Below are positions 53,270 through 64,000 of a DNA stretch of 64,000 bases, piece after piece. The first letter of the stretch is position 1; each line of letters opens with the position of its first letter. The translations under genes and the position numbers were made by a program. This DNA comes from an uncultured cyanobacterium (GTDB taxonomy: Bacteria > Cyanobacteriota > Cyanobacteriia > Cyanobacteriales > Cyanobacteriaceae), in NCBI GenBank assembly GCA_963749915.1, contig CAVVOP010000008.1:256001-320000 (forward strand), read 5' to 3'. The notes under the pieces were generated by a model. It worked only from the letters and a program-made list of their open reading frames with translations. It was not told the DNA's origin and made no database searches.

Positions 53270-53866
53270 TAGACCTCTTGCAAAATTGAATATCAGTTAA
53301 AATTAAGTGTCAAAATTTGTTAATGTAAGCGATCGCTTACTAGAAAAGTATAAGATTTGCTTATGAAATTAAAAAAAATAGAAAAATTACCACCAAAAAA
53401 GTTTAAGAGAAGGTTTGGAGTAACTAAAAAAACCTATGATTTATTAGTAGAAATAGTCAAAAAAGAAAAAACTAACGGCTGAAGAAAAAGCCAAGAATAG
53501 AGAAATAAATAAACAGAGAATTGTAATAGAACACGTAAATAGAAAGCTAAAAATATTTAAAATCTTGTCAGAACGTTATCGAAATAGAAGAAAAAGGTTC
53601 GGTTTAAGATTTAATTTAATTGCTGGCATTTATAATTATGAACTCCAAACAAAATCTATTTAACTATCTGAAAGTTTCCGATAATTATTATGGTTAATTT
53701 CTGATTTTTTTTCTATTAATAATTATTTTTTCTTGATTTTTGAGAATAACATAAGTATTTTTTATGCCTTAAGTCCTGATTCAACTAATTTTGACGATTT
53801 TTGTTTTTGGCGATCGCCCATTACAATTAGAATAATCATATTCATTTTATTTTTGCAAGAGTTCTA
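53270..53866 (+). mobile_element. IS5-family element, internally deleted
   Basis: TIRs TAGACCTCTTGCAAAA and TTTTGCAAGAGTTCTA; FKRRFGV and RIVIEHVNRKLKIFKILSERYRNRRKRFGLRFNLIAG remnants. Confidence 0.8.
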
Positions 53867-54059
53867 ATCTTGTCAATGTCGAAAAGCAAGAATTCAAAGA
53901 AACCATATTAATTGTGCAATTTTTGTGTGGTTAAGACTTAAACAAATAGCTTATTCAACGGGACAAACTGTTTATCAAATTAAACATGAATTACTTTCTA
54001 ATTATTTAAAAAAAGAATTAAAATCTCCTTCTATTAAAATGTCTTTTGCGTAAGTCCTG
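53867..54059 (+). pseudogene. IS701-family transposase C-terminal remnant with right end
   Basis: CQCRKARIQRNHINCAIFVWLRLK..SFA*, then the GCGTAAGTCCTG end; matching upstream piece VNPKTGQFWIID at about 53233..53269. Confidence 0.7.
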
Positions 54060-54115
54060 CTACAGCTAAATTAATTGTTATAGTTGATAGTGAAGTTGTA
54101 ATTAAAATTCACTAA

Positions 54116-56134
54116 TTGTCTATTCTCGAATCTCAGCCTATTTGGATTGTAGGCGATAGCTGTTGTGGTAAAACAACCCGTTTAGCCTCTCTGATGGTGA
54201 AATGGTTAGAAACATCATCTTTTCCTCAAAAGCCTTTAATTTTATGTGCCAATGGTGAAGGGAAAAAAATCCTGATAAATATACTCTTAAATTTGAATAG
54301 TAATAGTTATCAGACGAAAATAAGAACTCCTTTGGCATTGATGATGGAGGATGTGGTGCTTTTTTATCCCTTACTTTGTCAAGAACTAAATTTACCTTCA
54401 CAATTACCCCTCCGTTTGCGTTCAGAAACTGAACAGGAATTGGCGACTCAGCTATGGCAAACATCGTTGACCTCTGAATTGGTGGAGATATTTGGCGATG
54501 AATATAATTGTGTGCGGCGTATTTTAGATTTTTTGCAGTTAGCAACATCGGGAGGAATTTCTCCTGATAAAATTGGCCATCGCTTATTTCAATCTCACGT
54601 TATTAACACCAATAATAAAGAAAATATCACTAAATTAATTCAGCAATTAATTTTACAATGGCGTGAATGGTGTTTAGAAAGAGGTTTATTAAGCTATGGG
54701 TTGATTTATGAACTTTATGGACTTTATCTATTACCAAATCATCATTATCAATCTTATTTAAGGGATAATTATGAGGCTATTTTTGCTGATGATGTGGATG
54801 ATTATCCCGCCATTATGAAAGATCTGGGACAGAGGTTCTTAGAAGAGAAAAAATACGCTGCTTTTACTTATAATCAAAATGGCAAAATTTCTCTAGGTTT
54901 AAGTGCAGATCCTGAATATTTACAAAAATTAGCTATTTTTTGTCATCAAGAATCATTATTAATTAATCAGATAAATAGTTTAAGAGTTAAAGTAGAAATT
55001 CCTATTTTAGATATTATTAATCAGGGTTATTCCCAAGAAAAAATGTCCGATTATATTCAACATATTATTACTACTTCTAGGGGAGATTTATTAAATAAAA
55101 CCGCCGAATTTATTGTTAAATCCATTAAATCAGGGGAAATTCAAGCCGATGAAATAGCGATTATTGCACCTGGATTAGACGAAATTGCAAGACATACAAT
55201 TATTAATTATCTTGGAGATAACGATATTGAAGTTAAGCCGATAAATGAACAACGCCCATTAATTACATCTCCTTTGGTGCGTAGTATTCTCACCCTTTTA
55301 ATTTTACTATATGAGGGAAATGGTAGATTATTAGAAAAAGAAATGATCTCGGAAATGTTAGTCATTCTATCATGGGAAAATATTGATTTAGTGCGTGGTG
55401 GTTTATTAGCGGATTATTGTTATTTTCCTGATTTGCGATCGCCTAGTTTATTAGCAGTGGAATCTTTTTCTCGGTGGGATAGATTAACCCATCAAAGTTT
55501 AGAATCCTATAACCTAATTCGACAGTGGATTGATAACCATAAACAGAAAATCAACAACGGTCAAAATCATCTTTTGGCGGTAATTGATGACATTTTAGAG
55601 CATTTTTTTCTTAACATCGAGAATTTAAACTACAGTCAACTAAGCACTATTAGAGAATTTAGAGAAACTGCCCAACATTTTTGGGAAATACAAAAACGAT
55701 TAAAAAATCAAGATATTAACGATATACTAACTCAATTAATCGGTTTATTACGGAAAGGCACAATTACGGCTAACCCTTTACCGATGGCGATTATACCCCC
55801 TTTAGCCACCATCGAACCCAAAGCGGTGGCGATGTCATCTATCTACCAATATCGTTCCTGTCGTATTCATCACCGTTGGCAATTTTGGTTAGATGTAGGC
55901 AGTAATTATTGGAGTCAAAGTGGAGAATTATTAGCTTCACCCATCTTCTTAAAATCATGGCAACCTAGTCCTAACGCCCTCTCCGAGGATATAGAATCAG
56001 AAAATGAAAGAGTAACCAGAATAATACAAGATTTATTGGCGAGAGTAACAGAAAAAATCTTTCTCTGTTATAGTGAATTAGATGTCAAAGGTAGTGAACA
56101 AATAGGCAAATTATCCTCTTTGATTGATATATGA
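54116..56134 (+). CDS. Conserved cyanobacterial P-loop protein, UvrD/SF1 helicase-like
   Basis: GDSCCGKTT, IFADDVDDYP, IAIIAPGLD, WQFWLDVGS. Confidence 0.65.
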   Translation: MSILESQPIWIVGDSCCGKTTRLASLMVKWLETSSFPQKPLILCANGEGKKILINILLNLNSNSYQTKIRTPLALMMEDVVLFYPLLCQELNLPSQLPLRLRSETEQELATQLWQTSLTSELVEIFGDEYNCVRRILDFLQLATSGGISPDKIGHRLFQSHVINTNNKENITKLIQQLILQWREWCLERGLLSYGLIYELYGLYLLPNHHYQSYLRDNYEAIFADDVDDYPAIMKDLGQRFLEEKKYAAFTYNQNGKISLGLSADPEYLQKLAIFCHQESLLINQINSLRVKVEIPILDIINQGYSQEKMSDYIQHIITTSRGDLLNKTAEFIVKSIKSGEIQADEIAIIAPGLDEIARHTIINYLGDNDIEVKPINEQRPLITSPLVRSILTLLILLYEGNGRLLEKEMISEMLVILSWENIDLVRGGLLADYCYFPDLRSPSLLAVESFSRWDRLTHQSLESYNLIRQWIDNHKQKINNGQNHLLAVIDDILEHFFLNIENLNYSQLSTIREFRETAQHFWEIQKRLKNQDINDILTQLIGLLRKGTITANPLPMAIIPPLATIEPKAVAMSSIYQYRSCRIHHRWQFWLDVGSNYWSQSGELLASPIFLKSWQPSPNALSEDIESENERVTRIIQDLLARVTEKIFLCYSELDVKGSEQIGKLSSLIDI

Positions 56135-58603
56135 TTCTGTCTTCTCTGTGAACTTTTTTCTGCCTCCGAAAACAAATAGCCAAACCACGACGACAAACCA
56201 ATGAATTAAAACGATCACAAAAAGAGAACCAGTAAAATAATAAGCGATGGCACAAATAATACCTAACAAACCTGCCAAAGTAAGAAATACGGGTTGAAAG
56301 AAGGTGGGATTACCTGCTTTGTAAAAGGTAAGAGCACTTAAAGGATGATAAAGGATAAAAATAAAGACACTAATGACCGCCCAAATTAACCAACTAGAGG
56401 GCAAAGCCCTTTCTGTGGGATGGGGTAGCAAAAAAACCCTCATTAATATCTCTTCCCCTAAAGCGGGAAAAAAGAAGATCCTAATGCTACCCAGAATTCC
56501 TTGCTTAGTTAAGAATAAATTGGGAGTAAATAAAAGAAAATTAGTTTTAAAACCCAGAGGGATTGCGAAAGCACTATAGATTAGCAATAATATTCCGGTA
56601 ATTAACCAAGATTTCCCTGTTAAAGGGGCTAATAAAGAATTCACCAAACGAGCAAATAAGATGTTAACAACAGGATATTGACCAAATATAACTGTGGGAG
56701 CGACTGGTTCAATATTAGGGTCCTCTCCTCCTACTTGGTTAGTTCTTATAAACCAGAGGGATGCACCGTGATCGAGAAAAATGCGACTGATATCATCGTG
56801 ACCTTGTCGAGGTAACATGGTATTCCAGCTATCGATGGTATTCTTAAATGAGACTTGGTTGAATAAATTTCCATCTTTAATTCCAGCCAGATATTCCGCA
56901 TTGTCTTGCCAATCAGGACGAACAACTCCTCTGGGTGTTAAACTGTCTCGCAAGTCCATACCTAATTTAATAAATTCACTAAATTGTTTACTTTCATCAT
57001 CTTCAGGATTATTTGCGAACCATGCTTTTATTTCAGGATTCGCCAAAATTTGCAGTTTAAGCTGTTCAATAGCAATATAGAGGGCCTGATTTGAATCCTG
57101 AACACAGGAGGTTGCCGGAGTTATGGTTGACATCCCCGTTCCGTCACCAGTACGATACCTAGCTGTTATAACTTGAGCTTGTTTGAGTAATTCTCTGAGA
57201 AAATAAAAAGAATTCCCTTTAAATTCAATGGGTTCAGTAAAAGTGTCAAGTTTAATCATGACATCGGAAATAGGACGACTCCCTAACCATCCCCGTTGCA
57301 AATTGCCATTATATGCAGACCAATCCAGAGGACCTGAAATAATGGCATTAGGATTGTGTACATAAATTTGTTCATAAATAATTTCAAATTGTAACTCATG
57401 GGTAAAAGGATCGCGAATAACTTCTCCTAATCCATAGGCAAAATGTCCGGGAACAGTGCCAGCAAATACCGGATCTGGTATTTCTCCCCCAGTGCCTCCA
57501 AACAAGTGAATTACAAGGGTTTTATCTCCCTCTTGCCATTGATTAATCGCATTTTCCGAAGATGATGCCATTGGATTGAGCAAAACCGATTGAAAAGTTC
57601 CTTTGCGTTGAGGAGTATTTGCCCAGTTTTCATTTTTGATGTAATCAATGGCTTTTCCTTGGTCCAAAATTACTCCCTCAGGTTTTAGTTGCAATAAAGC
57701 TCTTGGTTTAAGGGATTGAACTGTAAAAATTCCTTGTTTATCTTTTGCTCCATAAATATACCATCCAGCTTTTCCGGCGGGAGAATTTGCCAAATTGCGG
57801 GAACTGGACATAAAACGCCCTTTATAATCCAAGGGTTGTTGAGGAATTCTGACCACTTCTTCTACTCCATCAAATTTACCTGTGCCTTGATTGTAGTGAC
57901 GTACTTGAAAATAATCACTAGGACAAGGTTTTTCCCCTGGACAGACTGGCGATTTTTGGTCAGGAAAAATTTCCCCTCCAGGGGCGACAATTTTAACCAA
58001 TCCATAAAATATTCCTGTCACTTGAATTGGCTCAAAATTCGTTAGCAGAATGGGGTTTTGCTGGTCATCTTTAGATAAAACAACGGATTCTAACCTTACA
58101 ATCATATCATTTTCAGGACGAGCACCCGCTAAAGATTGTAATGGACCAACCCGAGAACGCCCATCCAAACGGTTAGGAATCACATTTCCTTTACTTTCGT
58201 ACTCCTTCGCTTCTGGAGTGATATGGACATCCGTCGTAACGGCTTTTACATAAGATTCAGTGTAAGGAGTCTTATTCCAACCTAGTCGCACTTTTTCTCC
58301 AATTAAGGCTTCTGCTTCTGGGGGGGCATAGTATATTTCTATCCACACTGCATCTTGATTGTTGTCAAATAAAGGCTTTTTTGGCAAAATTAACCGTCCT
58401 ACCCAAGTTCCCGTTGGTTGATACAAAGACTTATCTACGGTTTGGCTTGCGGGATAATGAGTCAATTGATTAAATGAGACTTTTTGACTTAATTCATAAC
58501 TAGAAATAGTGTCCGCTTTAATGAACTGGGTCACTAAAAAGAAGATTAAAATAACCAAGAAAACAAGGGTAATTAAATTATTTTTGTAGTTAATCATTGG
58601 CAA
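56111..58603 (-). CDS. CPBP (Abi/CAAX protease) family protein with a large soluble N-terminal region
   Basis: C-terminal FPALGEEILMR, FILYHP, IHW motifs. Confidence 0.8.
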   Translation of the reverse strand: MPMINYKNNLITLVFLVILIFFLVTQFIKADTISSYELSQKVSFNQLTHYPASQTVDKSLYQPTGTWVGRLILPKKPLFDNNQDAVWIEIYYAPPEAEALIGEKVRLGWNKTPYTESYVKAVTTDVHITPEAKEYESKGNVIPNRLDGRSRVGPLQSLAGARPENDMIVRLESVVLSKDDQQNPILLTNFEPIQVTGIFYGLVKIVAPGGEIFPDQKSPVCPGEKPCPSDYFQVRHYNQGTGKFDGVEEVVRIPQQPLDYKGRFMSSSRNLANSPAGKAGWYIYGAKDKQGIFTVQSLKPRALLQLKPEGVILDQGKAIDYIKNENWANTPQRKGTFQSVLLNPMASSSENAINQWQEGDKTLVIHLFGGTGGEIPDPVFAGTVPGHFAYGLGEVIRDPFTHELQFEIIYEQIYVHNPNAIISGPLDWSAYNGNLQRGWLGSRPISDVMIKLDTFTEPIEFKGNSFYFLRELLKQAQVITARYRTGDGTGMSTITPATSCVQDSNQALYIAIEQLKLQILANPEIKAWFANNPEDDESKQFSEFIKLGMDLRDSLTPRGVVRPDWQDNAEYLAGIKDGNLFNQVSFKNTIDSWNTMLPRQGHDDISRIFLDHGASLWFIRTNQVGGEDPNIEPVAPTVIFGQYPVVNILFARLVNSLLAPLTGKSWLITGILLLIYSAFAIPLGFKTNFLLFTPNLFLTKQGILGSIRIFFFPALGEEILMRVFLLPHPTERALPSSWLIWAVISVFIFILYHPLSALTFYKAGNPTFFQPVFLTLAGLLGIICAIAYYFTGSLFVIVLIHWFVVVVWLFVFGGRKKFTEKTESYINQRG

Positions 58604-58649
58604 AAAATAGCTTTATTAAGTTTAAGAGACGAACAGACAACTACCTCAC

Positions 58650-58795
58650 CAATACTGCCAGGGATTTACCCGAAAACGACTCTCTGGAGGGTAATTTAGA
58701 ATTTACAATGTAGAATTTAAAATGTAGAATTAAACTGTTTCTTAATTCTTAATTTGCCTCACAACGTAAATTCTAGCCCTAACGGAGCAGTATTG
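58650..58795. mobile_element. MITE with CAATACTGC...GCAGTATTG TIRs and a near-perfect 10-bp target duplication
   Basis: Flanks ACTACCTCAC and ACTAGCTCAC; solo ends of the same family near 3600, 4471, 23358, 26048 and 39853. Confidence 0.75.
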
Positions 58796-58913
58796 ACTAG
58801 CTCACCATTTAACCACATTAATTTTTTGTGAAAAAAATAACTTGAACTTGCTAGGATCTACCCTCTTTTCCGCACATGAATTCACTTAAAATTTTAGATA
58901 ATTAATTATTTTT

Positions 58914-58955
58914 GTATCTTTATACACAGTTATCTCCTAGGGGGTTTGTTATGTT
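58914..58955 (+). promoter_or_regulatory. Putative NtcA-activated promoter
   Basis: GTA-N8-CAC (one mismatch to GTA-N8-TAC), 22 nt, then TATGTT (TAN3T). Confidence 0.55.
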
Positions 58956-58977
58956 ATATCCAACAAAAAAAGCAATA

Positions 58978-59097
58978 AAGAAGGTTTCTAGGGTTCCGAT
59001 GTAAATACATGACTGGTCCGAGAGAAACGAGCTACTTACAATATTTTTTTTAGATAAGGATAAAGATAGCTACACGGAGGGAGAAAAGCCCGGGAGG
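58978..59097 (+). ncRNA. Guanidine-I (ykkC-yxkD) riboswitch
   Basis: GTTTCTAGGGTTCCG...CTGGTCCGAGAGAAAC...ACACGGAGGGAGAAAAGCCCGGGAGG upstream of a ureohydrolase. Confidence 0.9.
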
Positions 59098-59134
59098 AAG
59101 TGATGGTAATACTATCACTCTTCTGGGTTTTTTT
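59089..59134 (+). terminator. Intrinsic terminator forming the riboswitch expression platform
   Basis: CCCGGGAGGAAGTGATGG pairs with CTATCACTCTTCTGGG, followed by T7; overlaps the aptamer 3' tail. Confidence 0.8.
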
Positions 59135-59169
59135 GTTGATCTATAAAACCAATTCAAGGAGAATATCAG

Positions 59170-59964
59170 ATGAGTAATCAACCAGAAAGCGAAGCTCAAA
59201 AAGCCCTGCAAAAGGAAAATCGACTATCCTTTACGGGGTGGCAACAGGAAGTACAAGACGGTTTAAACTATGGACTAGAAGCCGCTGACAGTATTAAAGA
59301 TCGGACTATTTCTACTTTCTCTCGTGGAGAATTACCCCATTATGCAGGTATCAACACTTTTCTAAAAGCACCCTATTTAGAGGATGTCAAAAAAGTGGGA
59401 GAATATGATGTGGCCATCGTCGGTGTTCCCCATGATTCTGGCACCACATACCGTCCTGGTACTCGTTTTGGGCCCCAAGGCATTCGTAAAATCAGTGCTT
59501 TATATACCCCCTATAACTTTGAGTTGGGGGTAGATTTAAGGGAACAAATCAAACTCTGTGATGTGGGTGATATATTTACCATCCCGGCAAATAATGAAAA
59601 ATCTTTTGACCAAATTTCCAAAGGCATTGCCCATATTTTCAAATCTGGGGCATTCCCCATCGTTTTAGGAGGAGATCATTCCATCGGCTTTCCTACTGTA
59701 AGAGGGGTTTGTCGTCATTTAGGAGATAAGAAAATCGGGATCATTCATTTCGATCGCCATGTAGATACCCAAGAAACAGATTTAGACGAGAGAATGCATA
59801 CTTGTCCTTGGTTTCACGCCACCAATATGAAAAACGCCCCTGCCAAAAATCTTGTGCAGTTAGGCATTGGCGGTTGGCAAGTGCCTCGTCAGGGAGTCAA
59901 GGTCTGCCGTGAAAGGGCGACGAATATTCTCACCGTTACCGATATTACGGAAATGGGCTTAGAT
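59170..59964 (+). pseudogene. gdmH: Guanidine hydrolase (agmatinase/arginase family), truncated by IS1634
   Basis: GTTYRPGTRFGP, GGDHSIG, HFDRHVD, HTCPW; riboswitch context; IS end begins at 59965. Confidence 0.8.
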
Positions 59965-61180
59965 CCCACATTCCGCACGTCACTTTGTAAGATGATAAAA
60001 GTATTAAAACCAAGCAACTTATTTTGGACAAAATATAAGTAATAATACTCAATATCTTCTTTATTTATGGTATTATAATTGAGAATGTTTAGACTCTTAA
60101 ATCCCATAAGTTATCCAGATAAAATATAATAATTATGACAAGAAATCGGGAAAAAACTTAAAATTAGTTTTCGTTCATTTGTTAGATTTACTATCTGTTT
60201 TATTCCTTGATTTATTACTAAATGAATCCCCTGAAAACATTGAAATATCAATCTTAACGTTGGACGTTCCGTTAGTTTTCCTAGCTGATTTTTTATCCCC
60301 GTTTTTCTCTCCTCTAATAAGCGACGCACTTCTCTTTGCCCCAAAGAATATACTAACAGACATAACCCCAAAAACACATTGATATTGTTTCGATTCTTTT
60401 TGGGGTTTTTAAAAACACACTATCGGCAAAAAATAATGGCTCTTTCAGAAAACTAAAACCTCTTTCTGCGGCTTGTTGCTCTTTATACTTAATTAAAATC
60501 TCATCGGAACTAAATTTACTTTTATCTAATCTATTTGTCGCTAACACAAATCTTCCTACTCTTTTTTTGATTCGTTTATTTTAGTTAAATCTGATTTCAA
60601 AATAGCCGTAACTTGATAAGTTTTTCCCGATTTTTCTTCCTTCTTTTTCGATTTTTTCTTGTGATTATTTAACTCACTTTCTGTAATTTTTATATCTGTT
60701 ATGTGATGATATTTTAAAGTCTTATTCAGTCTCAAAATCTATCATTGATTTGTATTCTTTCGCTATTTTGCCGAAAACTGCTTTATCATTTTCATTGCCA
60801 TCTGCTACTCTTAAAAATAAAGGAATATCACCATCACTACTCACAATTAAATCCAAAATAAATTGTTTTAAATCTGGTCTATGGTCACGGGAATAACCTT
60901 TAATTATCTTAATTGGAATTTGATTAATTAACTCTAATTCTGCATTTTCTTTCACCAAGTTTTTGGTGATTTTTTCTTGACTATATTTCCCCTCTACTGC
61001 AAAAGATGTTGAATCCAAATGGGAAAAATTGATGTTGATGTCATATTTTTTTACTGTGGCTAAAGCAATGATTAAAAATAATGGAGATAATCCTTTCTCA
61101 TAAAGTTGATCCATTATTCTTCCAATTCTGTCATCATTCAAATGCGCTGGAAGTATTCCTTTCCCAATTAAATGAATTCC
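59965..61180 (-). mobile_element. IS1634-family element, degenerate, one end missing
   Basis: End CCCACATTCCGCACGTCA; fragments HLNDDRIGR, HLDSTSF, GYSRDHRPDLKQ, YKEQQAAERGF; closely related to 52084..53234. Confidence 0.85.
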
Positions 61181-61254
61181 CGATGAATTCCCAGTGATGT
61201 CCAGAAACATTTAACTTGGAGCTCAAACCTCAGTATCATTTCAGCACTCCACCA

Positions 61255-61359
61255 CTAGTGGTCTGTCAAGATAGTTTTGAGGGAATGTTTAGGATAATTT
61301 TGGATTTTAGATTTTGGAGAATCCTGCTATCCCTCATTTCAAAATTGATAGACCACTAG
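61255..61359. mobile_element. MITE CTAGTGGTCTG...AGACCACTAG
   Basis: TIRs with CTAG termini; same family as 40108..40220. Confidence 0.75.
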
Positions 61360-61408
61360 TTTAAACTCCTTGTTAAGGAATATTGCCCATGGCTAGACAA
61401 TTTATTTT

Positions 61409-62317
61409 TTAACGGCGACGACCGCCGAAACTTCTTCTGCCGAAACTTCTTCTGACAGGGGCAGTACGACGATAGCCACTATTTCTATTACTACCGAAAC
61501 TTTTACTACTAGGTTGTCGGGCTTTATTTGATGTACTATTAGTTTTAAGATTACTAGATCCTACTCCTGATCCTGTTCCTTTGGTACTATTGGCGTTAAC
61601 CCTATTAATGCTATTACCTGAACTGTTTTTGATCGTACCTGTTGTGCGGATAGATTGACGATTTTTCTCCACTGAGGGTACAGCATTGTTATTAGTACGA
61701 TAGTTCTGGACTGCTTGATCATAACTATTGCCAACACCGCCAAAACCTGTTAAATTACCGCCTGAACGATACACCGGTGGAACATAATATTGCGGTCTAA
61801 ATAACATACTACCCAATGCTTGTCCTGCTAATGCACCGGCAAAGGGACTCCAGAAGTTTGATTGTTGTCTAACAACTACGGTTTCTTGTCGCCCTGTTTG
61901 AGCATTCGTAACGGTTTCGGTTTCATTGTGTATATACTCAATGCGGAAGTCTTCCGTAAGGTGCATAACTGCTTCGTTACCGTTAATTTCTACAAAAGTT
62001 TGTTGTCCATTTTTAATTTCTTCATCGGTTAACCTTGCCATTTGTAGGTTAGTTGTCCGAAAAACAGGGCTATTTCCTGGGGGAGTATTTAATAACATGA
62101 GGGTATATTCGCCGTCAACATCGTTAAAGGTAGCCTGTTGTACGGGATATTGTCCACTAGCTATATTATTTTTAGGAATGCTAGCATTATTAGTTAAAGT
62201 GGCGGGATTATTTGTATTTACACTATTAGAAGAACCACAAGCAACAGTACCAAAACTGAGGATTATGGTTAAAAAAATAGCTACAATTGGTTTCAACATT
62301 ATTCGCTTTATTTTCAA
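61409..62317 (-). CDS. Hypothetical lipoprotein with Ser/Arg/Gly-rich tail
   Basis: Lipobox TVAC, FWSPFAGALAGQALG, RRSFG repeats. Confidence 0.7.
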   Translation of the reverse strand: MKIKRIMLKPIVAIFLTIILSFGTVACGSSNSVNTNNPATLTNNASIPKNNIASGQYPVQQATFNDVDGEYTLMLLNTPPGNSPVFRTTNLQMARLTDEEIKNGQQTFVEINGNEAVMHLTEDFRIEYIHNETETVTNAQTGRQETVVVRQQSNFWSPFAGALAGQALGSMLFRPQYYVPPVYRSGGNLTGFGGVGNSYDQAVQNYRTNNNAVPSVEKNRQSIRTTGTIKNSSGNSINRVNANSTKGTGSGVGSSNLKTNSTSNKARQPSSKSFGSNRNSGYRRTAPVRRSFGRRSFGGRRR

Positions 62318-62328
62318 ATTTGTTAATT

Positions 62329-62925
62329 TTACAACGGAATTAATTCGGGAAAATTGATTAGTATTTGATCTGATGTTAACTGTTCACCTAATCTAGCAGG
62401 GGAAAAATGAAGGGCGATCGCTCTATATTTATTCTTATAATTAAGACTAATAAGGGCTTTCAGTCCCTCAGTTAAGGCTTCTATATTGGCTAAATCAGTT
62501 TCAATTTCCGGAATTTCGCCTTCAAAGGCTACTGTGATCATAACAATTATATTGTCCGTTACAGGGAGGGATAAGGGTGTGTTTTCCTCTACTTGCTCTA
62601 AATCAGGTTGACTGAGATACCGTTGGGAGGAATCGGTAAATAACTCGGTGACAAAGTCCCCCGCATCGGCTTCATTCCAAAATACACCCCCCTCATTAGA
62701 GGCACTTTGCCAATAGGTTCGATACTGCAAGATCCCTTCGCAAGTATTCACTAAACATTCTCCCATCACTTCCATATCACCATCGGCATCCACGGCCATC
62801 CTTGCATTTTGGTTTAACACTCCTAATAATGGCGCTACTTCATTACCTTGTAAATGGATAAAAATTCTGGAAACTACATATCTAGTTTTACCTACAAACT
62901 GATTAAAGCGATCGGTTATACTCAT
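62329..62925 (-). CDS. DUF1517-like conserved cyanobacterial protein
   Basis: RYVVSRIFIHL, YWQSASNEG, LINFPELIPL. Confidence 0.65.
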   Translation of the reverse strand: MSITDRFNQFVGKTRYVVSRIFIHLQGNEVAPLLGVLNQNARMAVDADGDMEVMGECLVNTCEGILQYRTYWQSASNEGGVFWNEADAGDFVTELFTDSSQRYLSQPDLEQVEENTPLSLPVTDNIIVMITVAFEGEIPEIETDLANIEALTEGLKALISLNYKNKYRAIALHFSPARLGEQLTSDQILINFPELIPL

Positions 62926-62993
62926 AATAATTGATAGTTGATAGAGACAATGGTCAATAAATAGGCAATGGATAACCCCGAACTCGTAGTTAG

Positions 62994-63845
62994 TTATTTA
63001 CGAACTAATAACACAGGACAATTTGCATTTACTCGAATATAGTCAGATAAAGAAGTACCTAATAAACGGTCCAAATCAACTAAATTTTTGGCAATAGAAG
63101 GACGGCGATCAGGTGATCCTAATAATAATAAATCAATGTTTTTTTCTTCCGCTAATTGACAAATTTGTTTCCCTGGTCTGCCTCCAGTTACGATACATTT
63201 AGTATTAATACTCATGCGTTTGGCTTTCATGAAAGCCGGTGCTAAAATGGGGTTCTGTTCCATTTCGACCCTGGATAACTCTAAATCCGCACTCATATCG
63301 GGATTAACTCTAACTAAGTATAACTCTGCCTCTCCATAGTCTCTGAGTATCTGCAAAGTTAATTCTAGGGCATAATTTGCCGCCTCGGATTTGTCTAAGG
63401 CTAACATAACCCGTTTAATTTTGCGTACATAGATGTCATCTTTCACCAATAACATGGGGCGATCGCTAAGTTGAAATACATATTGACTGACAGAGTTTTC
63501 TAAAAAAGATTCTAAACGAGTTAAACCCCTAGAACCCATTAGAATAAGATCAGCATTAACCTCTTGAGCTGTATTGCACACTGTATCTTTAGGATCACCT
63601 TGTTTTAAAATAGTAGAAACTTTTACAGGATCAATATTGACATTTTTGACGATATCTGATAGAACTTTGCCGCCTTCTTCCCATTTTGCCGCTAAAGCAT
63701 CGGCGGAGACCTGAGGGGGTATGACATGAAGAATAGTAATTTCACTATGCTGGAAAGCAGGAATATCTAACAACATCTTCAACATTTCCTGAGTGTGGCC
63801 ATTGCCGGAATCCGCATATAAAATTTTATCTAACATATTTTTCAA
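62994..63845 (-). CDS. Universal stress protein (tandem USP domains)
   Basis: LILMGSRGL, SVSQYV, DLLLLGS, CPVLLVR. Confidence 0.9.
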   Translation of the reverse strand: MKNMLDKILYADSGNGHTQEMLKMLLDIPAFQHSEITILHVIPPQVSADALAAKWEEGGKVLSDIVKNVNIDPVKVSTILKQGDPKDTVCNTAQEVNADLILMGSRGLTRLESFLENSVSQYVFQLSDRPMLLVKDDIYVRKIKRVMLALDKSEAANYALELTLQILRDYGEAELYLVRVNPDMSADLELSRVEMEQNPILAPAFMKAKRMSINTKCIVTGGRPGKQICQLAEEKNIDLLLLGSPDRRPSIAKNLVDLDRLLGTSLSDYIRVNANCPVLLVRK

Positions 63846-64000
63846 CGGTAATTTTAATTAAAGATCTTTATCTCTAAAATACAGCGATTAGTCACCGCGG
63901 AATTTAACATTTTGTAACGAGTAATCCTGAAAAAGACCCTGGTATTGTTGACTATCCCCTATTCCTCATTCCCCCAGTTCTGCAAAGAAATAGATCACAA

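Noticed and set aside
61420..61453. 15-bp tandem repeat GCCGAAACTTCTTCT
   Set aside because: It only encodes the RRSFG low-complexity tail of the lipoprotein

Overview
AT-rich chromosomal window from a unicellular cyanobacterium. Evidence: HIP1 GCGATCGC octamers, raf1, petM, menA/menF and heptamer STRR repeats. A Cyanobacterium/Geminocystis-like host is my inference. Intact housekeeping blocks (msrA, raf1, proS, apt, accA, menA, menF, petM, rodA, manC, LCP, USP, tRNA-Phe) alternate with heavily eroded accessory patches. These patches hold internally deleted IS1634, IS1, IS5, IS701 and Tn3 pieces, several MITE families, and many truncated genes (K+ channel, photolyase, MoxR/SAV_2336, HAD, multicopper oxidase, and the guanidine hydrolase gdmH behind a guanidine-I riboswitch). 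Most notable: (1) an unannotated 553-aa ORF with all family-A (PolA/T7-like) polymerase palm and fingers motifs but no recognisable exonuclease domain, directly upstream of a RecD2 helicase, which is a candidate polymerase-helicase module; (2) a circularly permuted matrixin/MMP metalloprotease with a cysteine-switch-like N-terminus; (3) a MITE with terminal inverted repeats and a 10-bp target duplication that carries an intact four-helix-bundle (Avd/IVP-like) gene. All family assignments come from motif recognition by eye; no database searches were run.
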